This document shows, piece by piece, positions 1 through 14,789 of a stretch of DNA of 64,000 nt. The notes under the pieces were generated by a model. That model searched no databases. It saw nothing but the letters and a program-made list of their open reading frames with translations, and was not told the origin of the DNA. Every line of letters starts with the position of its first letter. Position 1 is the stretch's first letter. The translations under genes were made by a program, and so were the position numbers. The stretch lies in the NCBI RefSeq assembly GCF_964204645.1, contig NC_134032.1, positions 7,738,275 through 7,802,274 on the forward strand, given 5' to 3'. The DNA comes from Tubulanus polymorphus (Eukaryota; Animalia; Nemertea).

Positions 1-1001
1 CTGTTTCTTCATAATGGCAATGTTCTTGCCATTGGTTGGGTCGACAAACAACCGGTGTCCCTATTATCAACCGTGGACACAGCCGAATCAGGGGAAAAGC
101 GGGTTCGTGATAGAAAGGAGATGGCTATAGAACTGTCCGCAAGCCATCGGCTATATGCAACTAGAACAAATTTATGAGTGGGGTCGATAGAAATGATCAG
201 ATGAATTCATATTTTACTATAGATCACAGTGAAGTTTGAAATGGTGGAAAAAGGTGTTTATGCACCTTGTGACTACCACTGTTACGAATGCATACATATT
301 GTATAAATCGGTGACAGATAAGCCTATGGAAGATCGGGACTTCCGCCTACAACTTGCCCATCAGCTGATTGAAGGTTACAAACGCCCTACGAATAATGCG
401 GGTCGACCAAGGGCATCAATGGACAATGAGCAGAGACTAACTGGTAGACACTTTCTGGAAAAGGCACAGGGTAGGCCAGATTGTAGTGTGCACCCTAAGG
501 ACGAATGGGAAATATATAAGACGGCATCAGACACAATTCAAATGTGAACAATGTAAAGTCGGATTATGTGTTGTTCCATGCAATGAAATTTACCATTGCC
601 AAACCGATTATCAACGATTCTACAGGGAACATTACCTTGATGTATAAGGTAGGAACACTTAATATTGCTTTTAATTCCCAGTAACTGTACTCTGTGGGTG
701 TTGATACAGTGTCATTTGAAAAAAAAATGTTTACTTTTCAGAAATTTGTTGAAAATTCCCAAAATTTTGGGGGTTTGTCAGATATTACCACCTGCATATA
801 TACCCTTTGTCAATGTTTTTAAATAGAATATTAAACTTCAGAATGTTTCCTACAGCCAGCTTTTTACAATGAAGGTCTATCACTAATACTTTTGGAATTA
901 TAGAAATTATAGAAATTTAGACATCGAATTTGGGGATTTTTCAACGGGAAATCCGGGTATGTCGGGATACAATTTCAATAGGAAACTTGGTCAAGTAAGA
1001 G
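1..1001 (+). mobile_element. piggyBac transposon, 3' part (decayed transposase C-terminus and right end)
   Basis: Translated pieces WVDKQPVSLLST, MSGVDRNDQ, KWWKKVFMHL...NAYILY and a Cys-rich tail CEQCKVGLCVVPC; stops and frameshifts present; ends ...AGAG followed by TTAA at 1002-1005. Confidence 0.85.
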
Positions 1002-2439
1002 TTAAAGTCATGAAACTCGTCATGGATCTGTGTATTTTCCATTGCAAATTTGTAGACATGTTATGACATGCTCTGTGATGGAGGCGAAATTCAATGTCAT
1101 TTGTTTGTGTGCATTTCTGCCCACTTTTCCAATTGGTTTAGTGTCCCTGGAGTCTTAGTTATATTTGATTTTTAGTTTTTCAGAAATATCAGTGATCGTG
1201 ATCATGGTACTGTTGCTGATCGTGTCGAGTTGTGTAATCTTCAAACTATCATATCAAATACTAGCCGTAGTAAACCAACCAATTTTGAGGAATTGACTGA
1301 GGTAAAGAGTACTTCATAAATGATCACAATTTTGCCTAAGATAGCTTTGAATATTTCATATATTTTTGGCATAAATGTGATATATTTAAATACTTAAATT
1401 TAAGCAACCTAAAATAAAATTGGTTCCGACCAAAGATCTGAGGAACAAGGAAAATGTTTTCTGTACTTATGTTCGTAAAGAAAACAGGTAGGCCCATACA
1501 TCATTTATCTATTTTCAGTTTTATGTTAATCCAACTAGCTACATGGCGAGCTATCGCAATTTTAGTCCATTTGTCATCAAGTAATTTTGGAAATTTTTGA
1601 AGACGTAGGATTTTCTATGTTCACTATGCATCCTCTAATTTAGTATTAATGAACTCTTAATTTGTAGTATGTTTTAATTCAAATAGTATATACTTAGTTT
1701 GTATGCTCATGATAACTTTATGGTGTTCCACGTTAAAATATGAATAAATTGGATATATGTATCAGTAATATGAATTAATTGTCCTTAAGATTGTATCTAC
1801 TCACACTACATTCATGAGGGGGATTTTTACCTACCTTGAAGAATTGGGGATTACCAAGGGGATTTTTACCGCCAACCGTTTGGCCTAACCAGAAACCTCA
1901 GACCAGACTCGCGCCAAATTTTAGCGAAGGCCATATCATTGTGTGTGAATTGTTTCAGATTCCAGAAGTCACTCACTTCACTTTAAGCACTGTTTAGAAT
2001 CAATTGAGTGGTTTATGTGTCTCTGATTAGGCACAGGCTAAATTTGGCTTGGGTTAGTTAGCCCAAAATCCTCTCTGTGTGATTGCAGCTTTTACTTAAA
2101 CGGAGCCATTTTTAAATATACCATACAAGCACTTACTTGGCTTAAGAGGGGATGGATTCATTGAGTCATTATAGGTGCAAATTTAGTTCTAAATGATGAA
2201 TGATCAGGAAACTGACTTTTGAATACCAAAATAACAACAAACCAATATTGTGTTTTTTTCTCCAGTTGACTTCATGAATATTTTTATTTTTATTATAACT
2301 GTTAGGGGCACTTGAAAATTCTCTTGATGAGGGGTGCTTTATGATACATGTTTAAAGCTAATGCATAGAAAGAACCTTTATCTATTATCTAATGTTGAGA
2401 TATGTATTATTTACATTCAAGTCCATTCTTTTTGAAGGA

Positions 2440-3240
2440 TAACGCTCCAGATTATGACCCAATATCTGGAGCAGATGCTGAGAACTCCGTGAATGGTGAA
2501 AATAACTAAAGTAAAATGGCTATCCAAAAAACAACATCTAAACTGATTCATTTATGAGAAGATGCTGGTACACACGTTTATTACATATCGCAGAAGAAGA
2601 GGGAATTGTCAAGGTTCTTGATTGAGGCTCGGAAAGAAGATAATTCAATTGTTTCCATGCCTGATTGCCTTTTTCCAACAAAATACTCATCCATCTTAGA
2701 AGCTGTCTGAATGGTACGTGGATTTGATAATGCTAGTCATACAGGCATTCACTTAAAAAATGTTGTAGTATAGTTGAAAGCGAGTTTATACAGTGTTCAG
2801 GTGACAAAACGATCAAGTTAGTTGGAGAATTAAAATGAATGCTGGAATACGAATCGTCTGATGAGATATTATCTCATGCACTTAGGACTTCAAAACATAA
2901 TAAACTAAACAAACCCAAACTCATTCCATTAGCGTCAGATGTGAAACAACTTTAAGGTTATATAAATGAAAATATGGAGAAGATTGCAAAAATGCTAAAG
3001 GAAAACAATTTCACCAGGGATGACTGGGGCAAATTGTGCAAATTAGCCCTACTATCGTTGTACTATTCAATCGTAGAAGAGGGGGAAGGCTTCGAGTCTT
3101 TTTGATAAAACATATAATGATGCATAACTCAATCAAAATTAACGGGACTTCGAGCTTAAAAGCCTTCCATTGTTTGAACAGAAGTTGTGCAAAAGTCTGC
3201 TAAGGATCGAAAAAATTGGCCAAAAAAACAGAATCGATGT
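2440..3240 (+). pseudogene. Decayed tyrosine-recombinase-like (Crypton-like) transposase fragment
   Basis: Manual translation gives ELSRFLIEARK...GIHLKKCC and KPKLIPLASDVKQL...W.KLCKLAL/VLFNRRRG, a motif series I recall from metazoan YR-like elements; many stops. Confidence 0.5.
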
Positions 3241-4797
3241 TTCATTTTGGACAGTATATCTATGCCATAGTGAACCAGTTGATGTCATGTATATATTATA
3301 GAGTGGCCATAGTCTTGAAGCCCTGCCCTGCTTTCTTTTGGAAGCGATCTTTGTCGCCTCTTTAAATTTAACCCAGACGAGGAAAATACTACACAGACTA
3401 TATTTTTGATGATGTGTGAGAATATTGCTTATTTTCTAGATTTTTATTTTCTCACGACTCACAGGTCGGCCAATCTCGGTTTCATAACTTATTTGGCAGT
3501 TCTAACTCCAACTCTCTGTCTCTTTCTCAAATGTTTACTAAACATTTATAATGAAACATAAGCATTTAACTGACATGTGACAGACTGCCAAATTTACATT
3601 AAATATTCAAAAGTATGATGATACATCCAACTCTACCAATTTAATGGCCACCCTCAACCAGTTGATGATTTTGCCATTGAGAGAGATGAATGAAAAACTT
3701 TTTTTTTTGAATCAATTACCTTTCCCCAAAGCCTGCTATACTTGTTAGAGGTCCTCAGTTTATAGTCCATACACACTATTTGCTCATGTCCTACTTTACT
3801 AGAGGTCCTCAGTTGTTTGTCTAAGTCCTTGCACTTATTTTATGTAGTCTCACAATAGTAGTGAAGACTGTCCTCATTTGGTTGTGTGAGTCCACACCTT
3901 TCCATACAGACCCTCGCTCATAAGTGTAGCAAGGTAAACACAGGTGGTTTACACAAATCCTCGGAAGTCACCTTTGTGCATGCCCCTGGTCTAGTCTCGA
4001 AAGTCTAGTTAAACCCGTATGTGTACGTGCGTGCATGTGTGTGTGAAGAACGAATATATGTTACTACGCATGTGCTCTTCCCAAAAGAAATGTAGTTCCA
4101 ACAAAAAATTAATAACTACATCAACAAATAACCAATGCTTTTCGACGAAATTCAATGGGGGTAGAGATTTATAACTGCATGGGATATTTTGAAAGTTCTG
4201 AACAGAAACCAAGCCTCTGTCGCAAGTTACTTTGTACCAAAGGAAGAAAGTGTCATTTGTGAAAATGGACTTAGCAAAAAGTTTTTTTACAATAAAGTTC
4301 AAGATGTCCAACTTGTATGATATTTTTTAAATCCAATTGTGCCTGTACTCTTACGTATGGCCAGCGGGTCATGGGTGAAGGGCCCTGTTTTCAGCCGAGT
4401 GACTTTGGAATTTTCTCCCAAAGACTTTTGTTTAGAAAATCCTCTGATTGGTTAGCTTACTTCACAGCAGTTTAAATAAACGCACGTGCGAAGCATTACT
4501 GTTGCAGAAAAACTCTCTGATTCTTAATACAATAGTGCTCGGAAAATGAATATCAAGAAATTTGCGCTTGTATTCTCAAAGATGTTAAGGAAATGAGAAA
4601 CTTTAACGGAGATTAGAACAATTACACTCTTGAGACGATCTATGAATGCGATATTCATGATATATTTCGAATCCGACTTCTGACCAAAATTCTAGCTCAT
4701 CCACTGACAGTTTCTAGCTCATCCACTTGTCAGGATAACGCCCGGTTATGGAATATTGCTGATGTCGTCTTTATGTATGTTATTCAGAGCAATAAGA

Positions 4798-4978
4798 TTT
4801 ATTTGAAATTATTACTCAACTTCAAGTGCTGCTGCCACGTCCCAACCAACCATAGCTAACATGGCAGATGAGATGCCCTGGTGAACATTTATTTGAAATT
4901 ATTACTCAACTTCAAGTGCTGCTGCCACGTCCCAACCAACCATAGCTAACATGGCAGATGAGATGCCCTGGTGAACAT
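4798..4978. repeat. Perfect tandem duplication, 2 x 90 bp
   Basis: tttatttgaaattattactcaac...gtgaaca starts at 4798 and again at 4888. Confidence 0.95.
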
Positions 4979-6544
4979 ATTGAGGCGCGATGAAATCCAT
5001 CTTCCATACTGGTGGACACCTTACCTGTTTTAATCCTAAAAGCAAGTTTCATGTAAGTCCATCAAGAATTGTAGGCTCGTGTTAACATGATAATTCAAAC
5101 TGGTACTGTACTGGTGGCCATATTTGATATCAGATAACCTATACTTATAATAGGGGTGGACATCTCACCTGCCTCAATCCTCAAACTGAGTTTCATGAAA
5201 ATCAATCAAGAATTTTAGGTTGTACTCTGCTAACAAAACAATTCAAGATGTATGCCCTGGCAGCTATATTTGATGGCCAATGGTCTCTATTTTCAAAGAA
5301 GGAGCACATGTTTCCCGCCAAAAATCCATCGAGAATAAATGGCTGTAAAATGCGCAAACTCAAGATGACCACCCTGGTGGCCATATTCATCACCTCCATT
5401 TCCAATAGGGTGGAAATCTCACGTGCCCCAATCCCCACCAGGAAGACATAATGAAATATGATTCATTTTCAAGGTGATCCGAAATTGTCACTTTTCATGC
5501 ATTCAGTATGGTGGCCAAATGGAATATCATGTGACATTGAAACACACAGGGGCTTATCAATCCACCAACTACATATTTGCTTCACATATCCTGACTCCAG
5601 GATGCCCCCCTACACTTTGTTGTGTTAAGTATGGAAGAATTAAAAGATGGTTCAGTGTTGAGTATATATAATAAATTATGTATGCACTTGACATTTAAAC
5701 TCTTCGCTACCATGCGTGACGTATATTTACGTCGCAAATATATTCATTTACAACAATTGCTGGTGTGGTGAGTCACTACGCCACTGGTGTATAGACGTAC
5801 TAAATGATCGTCTGCTTCAATTTAGTTACACTATTACTCATAGATGGCGAATCAGTGCCTCAAATACTGAACTGAATCGAATTGAATTTATGTTTGAGTG
5901 ACAACATGCACCACTTTGCACGCGAAACAAGAAGGCATGTGCATGAGTTTTTTGTCTGTATCTTTTAGCTGTTTCTTTTATAAAATGTCATCCTGGTCCA
6001 GATTTAGTAGACAGTCAATCACTACACGATAAGAATACAAAAAACTTGCTGGAAATGGATCATCACAAGTTATTCGATCAAAATCCATTGATCGATCCAC
6101 AAATCAATCAAAAAATCGATTAATAATTATTGGTGATCAATTTCTGATTTAATCGATTTAATTCTAAACAATACCATCTGATAGCTGAGGACCTTAGCTT
6201 TACAAATATATTTGGTTTGTAGGGGTGATTATTAGTATTTTCTGAGATCTAAATAAAAACACAAAAATATGTCAAAATATGGGAAATGCTCTGGTGAGGG
6301 GCGTTACATTACCTATGTTAGAGAAGAGGATAAAGATTCATGTAATATACCTTGTCCTTAATTATCATAAGGCTATTTACCACCATGACGTCAAAAATTA
6401 ATACTTTCATCCAAATATCCATGAAAAGGCTGGTCATGTATGAGGACATGAACAGCATTAGGAAGTTGATTCGTTAAAATTCAAAGAACTATTTGAAATC
6501 AGATGGCTGTCTCTTGGTGAATATGAGATTTTTTATTCGTCATT

Positions 6545-6830
6545 TTGAACCTTGCTCCCAATAAAAGAATCAAATTCGATAATTTGCTATATGTTGCTGC
6601 AGTTTATGATAGAGGATGGTTCATAGGAATAAATTACAACATATCTGAAGAGAACGCAGATGCCCAAATACATTTTATTTACATACAGCTGGCCGCAACA
6701 AAGCGACATATGTTGGGTGCCATTCCAACATATTTCAATTTCTAATAGCAGGATGTAGAGCTCGACAGTACGAAATAGATCAAGAGGAACTGTTGAAAGT
6801 TCAAAGGAGTTATTCCCAATTTTTGAAAAC
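6545..6830 (+). pseudogene. Decayed DNA-transposon protein C-terminal fragment, family uncertain
   Basis: YVAAVYDRGWFIG then, in a shifted frame, WPQQSDICWVP; this pattern recurs at the ends of invertebrate transposon ORFs. Confidence 0.3.
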
Positions 6831-9039
6831 TATTGCGGTAAGTAAACGGTATTGGAAACGATTTCAAAACATTGAAAAGCGCTGGAGAGGCGAATACCTA
6901 CCGACGTTGAATGAATCACATGCAAATTGCTGTAATTAAGGACAAACCTAGATTGTAATTCGAAGTGATTCCGAAGTTTGCACAGCCAAAACATCTTGTG
7001 ACAATACGATAAATACAAATGTAGGTAAAAATCGCCCGTGTATGTGTATCACCACGCCCCATGAGGAAAATCACACACAGTAAAAGTCTCCTCAATTTCA
7101 GTTTTCTATCAAAGTATAAAACCTAAGTGAAAAAGATATTACTTTTTATATTAATATTAAGGGTACACAAGTATTTTACTAATACTTTTAAACTAGATTT
7201 CTTGATAGACATTTTCAAAGCTACGATAATATCATTTTTATGCATGTTGCTTGCTAAAAGTCACAGAATGATGTAATTTTCATGCACGTAGCTAGGTAAA
7301 AGTCACAGATTATACAAGGTGAATATCATGAAAAGCACCACTGAAAATTTGAAATTTTTGAAAACTATTTATGTTTTTCTAGAAAAGAATATTGAAGTAT
7401 TTTATTATATTTTTAAAAGATAAAATATTTCAATGAAAGATAAACATTACATAAAGGCCTGATAATCAACACCCCCCATCTTCTTGTTCTAGTTTTACAA
7501 GGCCGGCAATAAGTAGGCCACATCATCCCCCCTCCAGTTTCATCCATATCGCCGCGGCCGTAGAAGTACTACTAGTACTACAAATGCAAGTAGTTGTCGA
7601 AGAAGTAAGTTGGTGTTTCTTTCATGAAATGCCATTCGTAGTAGTCAATACCAGTTACGCTTACCAGTATTTCAAAATGTAAGAACCAACCCGTCCACAT
7701 GAACACCTCTGGACACCCGGACCTAGTATACTCGCATTACGTTGGATCATGTATATAAGTTATTTGCCGCCCGGACATTGTCCCCAGGTTTATCACATAT
7801 TGATGTCCAGCCCGCGGTCGACGTTGTCCCCGGCGGATATGGTTGTCCCTGGGCGCCGTGTTTGTTTCGGACCCCGCGTTGTCCGGGAGCCTAGTGTATA
7901 TAGTTGCAATGTGGAACGACCGTGACTATGTAAATAATAAAAGTATATTAGAAATTATTCCGAGGTACCCCGTTGGATTTAATCTGTTGAAGCTGCAAAA
8001 TAAATTTTTATACATACAGTTAATTTTCCAAATTATGAATGCCATTTTTGAGTTATCGGGGATCTGCCGAGTGAGGAAGTGAGTCAGACTCATAACTTTT
8101 TAGGACACGATGAATCTGGTCAGCTGAGGAGAGGCCGGAGTCACGCTACCGACATTTTATCCGGCAGAGGGTTCCAGCTCAATTACTCGCCTCCAAGAAG
8201 AGGACGAGCAGACCTGGACGTACCCATCAACAGTGAAGAGGTACAAAGAGATAGGGGTGCCCCAAGAAGATCCTGGCCGGAGCTCCAAAGGGGGCGCCCG
8301 AGAGGATCCGGGCTGTATGGAGGCCCAAGTTCGGTGGAGGCAGGACAAGCACAGCTGGGCAGGAGTTGCTTGTACCTCACCAAATCCAAACGTTATGGAG
8401 AAGCTATTTTGGTTACCGTGCCCACGTTATCCGTTACAGGTCTCTATGGCACAGGTGACCACACCACATAATAGGTCACTCAATTCCTACATAATTCAGG
8501 TGCAATGAACTAATAAGTCGAAAGTTCTAGGTTTGAAAATCACTCTCCACTAGTATTTAATAAATCTACCTACCGGGGACCCTAATCGGTCTACGGCCTT
8601 GACTACAGTAGTCTCAATTCAATCCATTCGTTAACCAGTCCAATGTCATGCGCAGCAACCCACGATGCTTGTGAATTAGTGACGTCTGTAACCAGTATAG
8701 TGCCGTCTATAACAAGTATAGCCTCTATATGTATACTGTATTTCATAAATGTATATTGTATACTGGCGCCTCTATATGTATAATGTATTTCATAAATGTA
8801 TATTGTATAATAGGAAATACTGACAAATATAATATAGAAAAACATGTTTATAAATATTGTCCCGAATTTCATGCCATAGTCTAAGAGAAAATCCATGTAC
8901 ATAATATCCAGTATATCTCTACTGCGCGTGCTGGTACCACAAGATTATTTCAGATGGAACAATGTGTTTACTCTGGTGGAGTATCGATTATAAAGCTGTT
9001 CAGCGGAAAGTGGTGTTTGCTGTAATTTAGACGATAAAC

Positions 9040-9980
9040 GGAGAATAAATACAGCGATGTTGAATCAGAGGCAACAGATGACATTTTCCCGACCAAATGG
9101 GTATTTGATGGGAAAATGAAGTGCTTTTAATCACCTTCTGGTACAAATGAATCCGTGTCGCAAATGGTGAAGGACTGTGACTGCGCACACATAAGATCCT
9201 GGAATGAATCTTATGGAAGAGTACTGGGCATAACGGGTAAGTAAATCAAGATTGGGGATCAATGAAATGACGTGTTTACTCTGATACTAGAATAATTTCT
9301 TCAATGTAATGTTTTTGGTTTGCAGGTGACAGCAAAGGCCAGAAAAATGATCCAAAAAGCTGAACATCAATCTGATGTCTATAGTACAGACATTGATGGT
9401 CCACCAAAAAAGGCTGCAAAAAGTTATTTTCAATTTTACAAAATGATAGTTCACATATTGTTTTTCTCGTCCATCACTGAGGGTTATTAGCCTTATTTCA
9501 GACCTTATCCTAGTGATTTTTCAGACCCAGAAGTCAGTTCTAGTGATGAATCCCCAACTTGCCACCACGAGTTGATCGTCAACACCCAAAAATCGCCGCT
9601 CCTTACCACACCCTCTATCACCTCCTACTACGTTGAATTTATGTGTAACTCGGTGATACCAGTACAAGTTCTGTACTAGTTGGTGGGTAAGCTGATTTTT
9701 TCTCATTTGATTGATCATACACCGATGGAATCAATTACATTTTAACAAACATCTAGTTCTTTTAGAGAGGAAACTTGATAAAATTTTGGAGTTGCTAGTT
9801 GAGGTCAAATCGGAACAAAAGCATTAAAGTAAGGCACACCCTACACTAACATAAAATGGTCGAACGGAAGTTGCTTAGTTACCGGATGATATAGAATTAC
9901 CTCTTGATGAAAAAGAGCACTTTGATAGGCTTGCAGGGAGACTTGGCGACCAGGCCATCAGCGAAGGGCTAGTAAGTAAT
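9040..9980 (+). pseudogene. Decayed spliced DUF4806-like accessory gene (CACTA/EnSpm-associated)
   Basis: IFPTKWV, a Ser/Pro-rich middle, and KLDKILELL...ELPLDEKEHF; GT..AG intron-like breaks near 9237-9325 and 9688. Confidence 0.35.
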
Positions 9981-11836
9981 CATTATTATTATCAACATAA
10001 AGTTTAAGGTTTTATATCAAAAAAGGAGCTGCTCAGAAATGAAGAACAAGAGGCCCATGGGCCTTGAAGCATTGGTTGATTATACTGTGGTAAGGTATTA
10101 AGCCGTTAACGCTTTACATCTGCCAGAAAATGTTCTATGACAATGTTCATTGGGAGGACCAAAGACTTAAGAATTGAATGAATTTCGTAATTCTGCCGAA
10201 CGATTTAGCCTACACTATTTGTATTTGTAAACCTCATTAATGCGATTTTGTTAAAGAAGGAACTAGTTTATTCTAGCAAAGAAAAATTTATATCAATCAG
10301 GATTTGTATACAAAAACCAATTTAACAACAATTTCGCACTTTTGCCTACACAAGATTCGCATTTAAAGTACAACTGTAAGGGTAATCATGACTGACTGTG
10401 GTTTTCCTAGCATGAACTGTTAGACCCTATTGCGGAATAATGAAAACAAAAACAGAAAGATTTTTCTGAATGCAAAATACATGCATAATGATGCATTAAG
10501 GTAGATCAACCGGACAAACGTACGCATCAAAACATCGCACAGAGTGCAATGCCGGCATTGATGTCACTATCGAGGCAGGCTGATGATTGCTTGTATATCT
10601 TTTTGTTTATTTACGTCGTACGGACCTGGTTTTTTTTACCCTATTGGATTGGTCATTTTCACGACGAAACGGGCTTTGGTGTTGCCTGCACACTGTAAGC
10701 TGTCAGCAGGACTTGACCCACTTGTCACTCAGCACTAATAGTGGATGCAACAGCATCACGCCTTATCTCACTGAGCTCTACCGAGGCTGTTCAATTCAAT
10801 TCCAAAAAACTACAGCAGCGGCAAATAACCATCGCAATATTGCATTTTACGACAAACAACGTGTAAATTTAATCACTGTTGTGGAGTTCAACACGTGGAA
10901 ATGATAAAAGTTATTTTTCCCGTCATGCATTACAAAGCGAATCTATCTGCCGAGTGTGTAAGGGGCTAATAACAGTGATATTCAAACACTATGATATCTA
11001 TAAATCGGAGGTACATGATTTATGTTTTTCTATTCAGATGAGGTCGTTCCAAATTCTTTAATGCCCATGTCACTGCGGACATATCACTACGCGATGCTTA
11101 ACCCCCGTTCATCCACCCGATGACTAACGAGAAAAATGCGATCGAATAACTTTTTGGGCCATTAAATCAGAAATCTGGCGACGCTATCTTGTAGGGAATA
11201 ATTGAAACATTATTTTGAGTTATTTGTGTCAGCTGTGTCCACTGTTTTACGAGAACGGAGTAACAATTTGAAGTTACTATGAAAATGAGAAGTCGGCATT
11301 TTTTTTCGACTAGGACTTTCAATCCATTTTACTAGCATTGGCATGACCTCGTAGACGTCAACCAATGCTAAAAATCAAGCCTACTTAGGTATATTCAATG
11401 TTCTAGATAAGGTACCTGCACAAACTAAAAAGAATGAAGATCCTCCTTTCTAATTAACTGGCAGCAGAATTCCACTGGCTGGGGAAAGCACCGAAAACAA
11501 TCTTCAACTCAACAAGGCTATCCAAGGTCAAAAAGGTATGTAGTTGTGTATTTCCCAATTCTTTAATTCTTATATTTCATTATACAGATGTATGAACCAA
11601 ATTTTTTTCAATTCAGATACAGTACAGTGCAGTGGAACCCAGGACACTAGGATTGATATCGAGTATTAAGTAGGAAAGCACACGTATATGTTACCGACAT
11701 ATGCAACAAAATTCTATATAGACCCAAAATTAATGACATTGACAAAACATGTATACCCCTTGTTCTCTCTTACAAGGAATATAATGTGAAGGTAGCTCAA
11801 GTCATCCGCGATAACTTAAGCTTATTTCAAGCTTAT

Positions 11837-12433
11837 TAGTTTATTTCAACATTTTGACTATATCCTAATAGTCATCTTCAGGAATAATGAGATACTACAG
11901 AAATTATGAGATATATATACAATCCAGAGACAAAGAGACTAATTCAAGTAATCAGAGATGATACAAACTAAAGGAAAATTAACGTAGAAACAGTTACACG
12001 CTAAAAAAGATTAAAGGGAAGCAAACTAAGGGGTAATTATAAACAACAATAGTCAGTATAAATATAAATGATTGATTATTTGATTATTTGTTATTTGTTC
12101 TCTCATCAATTTCGTCTCTGACTTAACTTGTATTCACCTTTGTTTTAATTTAAGTGCCCCCTAGTTTGTCTTTCTTTTTACTACTGACTTTAAGTTTCAT
12201 TTATATTTATACTGACTATTGTTGTTTGTAATTACCCCTTAGTTTGCTTCCCTTTAATCTATTTTAGCGTGTAACTGTTTCTACGTTAATTTTCCTTTAG
12301 TTTGTATCATCTCTGATTACCTGAATTAGTCTCTTTGTCTCTGGATTGTATATATATATCTCATAATTTCTGTAGTATCTCATTATTCCCGAAGATGACT
12401 ATTAGGATATAGTCGAAACGTTGAAATAAACTA
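11837..12433. mobile_element. Penelope-like element terminal repeats (pLTR) in inverted orientation
   Basis: ~235-bp near-identical inverted arms 11837-12071 and 12197-12433, each carrying a hammerhead-type core; inverted pLTRs are typical of Penelope insertions. Confidence 0.7.
12389..12423 (+). ncRNA. Minimal hammerhead ribozyme core (second copy on the minus strand at ~11845-11882)
   Basis: Consensus of the two arms is CTGAAGA-TGACTAT-TAGG-ATATAGTC-GAAAC-GTT: CUGANGA box, stem II, GAAA box and palindromic AACGTT. Each copy has one core mutation. Confidence 0.6.
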
Positions 12434-13999
12434 CTATCTCGAAGTTTCATTTTCGGACTTTTTATTATCATTGTGGGATTCTCTCCTCATTGCGTCAACA
12501 CGGATATAGTGTTCTACCAATCGTGGTCACTGCAACGTTTCCGAGGATCCGCGGGGGGATTTTTCAGCATTACATGAGCGTATGCTGGGTAAACTATCGC
12601 TCATAAATGAAAACGAAAACAACTTTAGTAAAAATTGTTGTTTATTTCTGAATGCAAAGTCCTCACTGAACAAATTGATGCTTAATAAAGGTAGATAAAC
12701 TGTTTATTAATGAAATTACGGAACAAAACGTCGCACGGAGAGCAGGTGTGACAGACAGTTGGCAGATTTTGTTACCACAATCAGTTGCAAAATTGTTCCA
12801 CGTGACATGTTCCATGATTGTGGTGAGTTTCAATGTTATTGGTTTCAGTATATGTTGTGTTCACCAGAGGGCATTGAATGTTAGAATTGTCAGATTTTCT
12901 AACCCAAGTGGGCACGGTGTCCCTGGACCCCTAGTTTCAGATAAATGGTTATTTGTTGTGTATAGTTCTTAATCTGAATATTTCTTACTAAAAGTACTTC
13001 AATCGAACTTCATTCGATGTTTCTGTTTGGGTTGATTTAACATTTGATTATTTCACAGATTCCTAAAATTATAAGCTAAATTATCAGTGCGAAGATTTCA
13101 ACATTTTTCCAAAATACTGAAATGTCTCAAATTGAGCAAAGGGATTGCTTAGCTCCATGCATTAAAATTGCATTATGGTAGAAGATTTGTTATATAAGCA
13201 GCAATTTTTAGGTCTGATAAAACATTTTCCTCTTTTTTAGTTTGAATAATGAGTTTCCTTTTTTACGATGTACAATTCATTGTTGTAGTATAATAACAAA
13301 ATTAATGGGAAGTTCAAAAATTATCCAAAACTTCATACAATGAAATTTAGTTAGGCACCACAATTTGAAATCTGCATACCGTATATATTCTGCTCTTATA
13401 AATGTAAAATGCATTATTCAATGTATGTGGTTTATGGCATTTGTCTTTCCAATTATGTGGTGCAGTGGTATATATACACATCCACAATTAAGAAACCAAC
13501 AAACAAGACATGAACATTAGTCTAAACGGCAACTTATAAACGGCATTCTGTAAGATTAGAGCAACATCAAGGACAAGGTAAACTTACAATTGAGTGTTAT
13601 TTGAATAGACTTACCTTCACACATATCCTTGACAAAAGGAGGGTTCACTGACAGAGATAATAGGTAAATACCAGTTTCAACCACTGAAGCTCTTCACTGC
13701 TCCATGGGTTCAGAGATACTGCCATGTCTGACACATGATTGCTCTTTTATACTGGACATCGGCCTTTAATTAACCTATTCTTTATATATAAGTAAAATCT
13801 CAATGGCCTTTTCTTTTAGTGTTTAACATAACCCAAAAGTATCTCTAGTACTGCCTTGACGTGAAAAATGCAAGATGTTTCAATACAATTGGTCAGACAC
13901 CTCTGAAGCTCGTATTAAATTTTCTGAAATCCGATTGCCTGAATTCGTCGCATTGCGATGAGAAGCACGATGTCATCATAGTAGAAATAAATGCATTGT

Positions 14000-14460
14000 C
14001 AGCCGAGTTGCTGAATCAGATGAGTCCATGGAAATGATGAAAGACTATAAGAATTTCCTCCAAGAGGCAATTGTAGCAAAAAAAGGGGGAGATACAACTG
14101 CTTTTTGGGGAATCTATGTCTACCTTATCAACTGTTTTTATCGTAAAATGCAGCGTGCAATAAAAACAAATGATATGGAACTATACATCAATATTCTACC
14201 CGCAGTGGTGGAGGTATTCTTCAGTCCCAATAACCCGAATTATGCCAGATGGGATACCTGTGTTTTGAAAAACTGAAAACTCTGCCCTATGCTGGTTTTG
14301 ATATCTTGAAAGCAGGTGGATTCAATAAGAATACTCAATCACACGTACTAACAAATCACACTCAAGAACACCCATCAACTTTACAGCAGACAGTGAACAG
14401 AGGTGCAGCCTCATCTGCCACTGGAATAGACCATCTTACAGCTTTTGTATTTAGAACAGT
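14000..14460 (+). pseudogene. Academ-like transposase fragment
   Basis: FWGIYV...RAIKTNDMELY...FFSPNNPNYARW, then LQQTVNRGAAS in another frame; family assigned from recalled motif. Confidence 0.45.
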
Positions 14461-14789
14461 ATACTGATGGTAAGGCGAATAAAATTGTCTGCGGATACAG
14501 TCACCTGCCAGCGCATATAGGGTTTCCAGCGGCCTTGCATGAACTCGACTCCTGTTATGGGGATAAAGCTACGGTAGCTTTATTACTGTAATAATATTGT
14601 TGAATATTGTAGATTCTCTGAAAAAGGTTTATGCCATAGACAAAAGATCCTTCTACAAAACGGCAGCATTGATAAATCAGGACCAAAATTCACTGGCTCC
14701 AGCCCTTCCAGAACTTCAGCACTAAGTAGACATAGAAAGGCATGTTAGTACCCTTGTAAGAAGGTACCATTGTAAGAAGGATTAGTAAC

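Noticed and set aside
8079-8508. Four overlapping GC-richer ORFs
   Set aside because: No recognisable motif in any frame; cannot be assigned.
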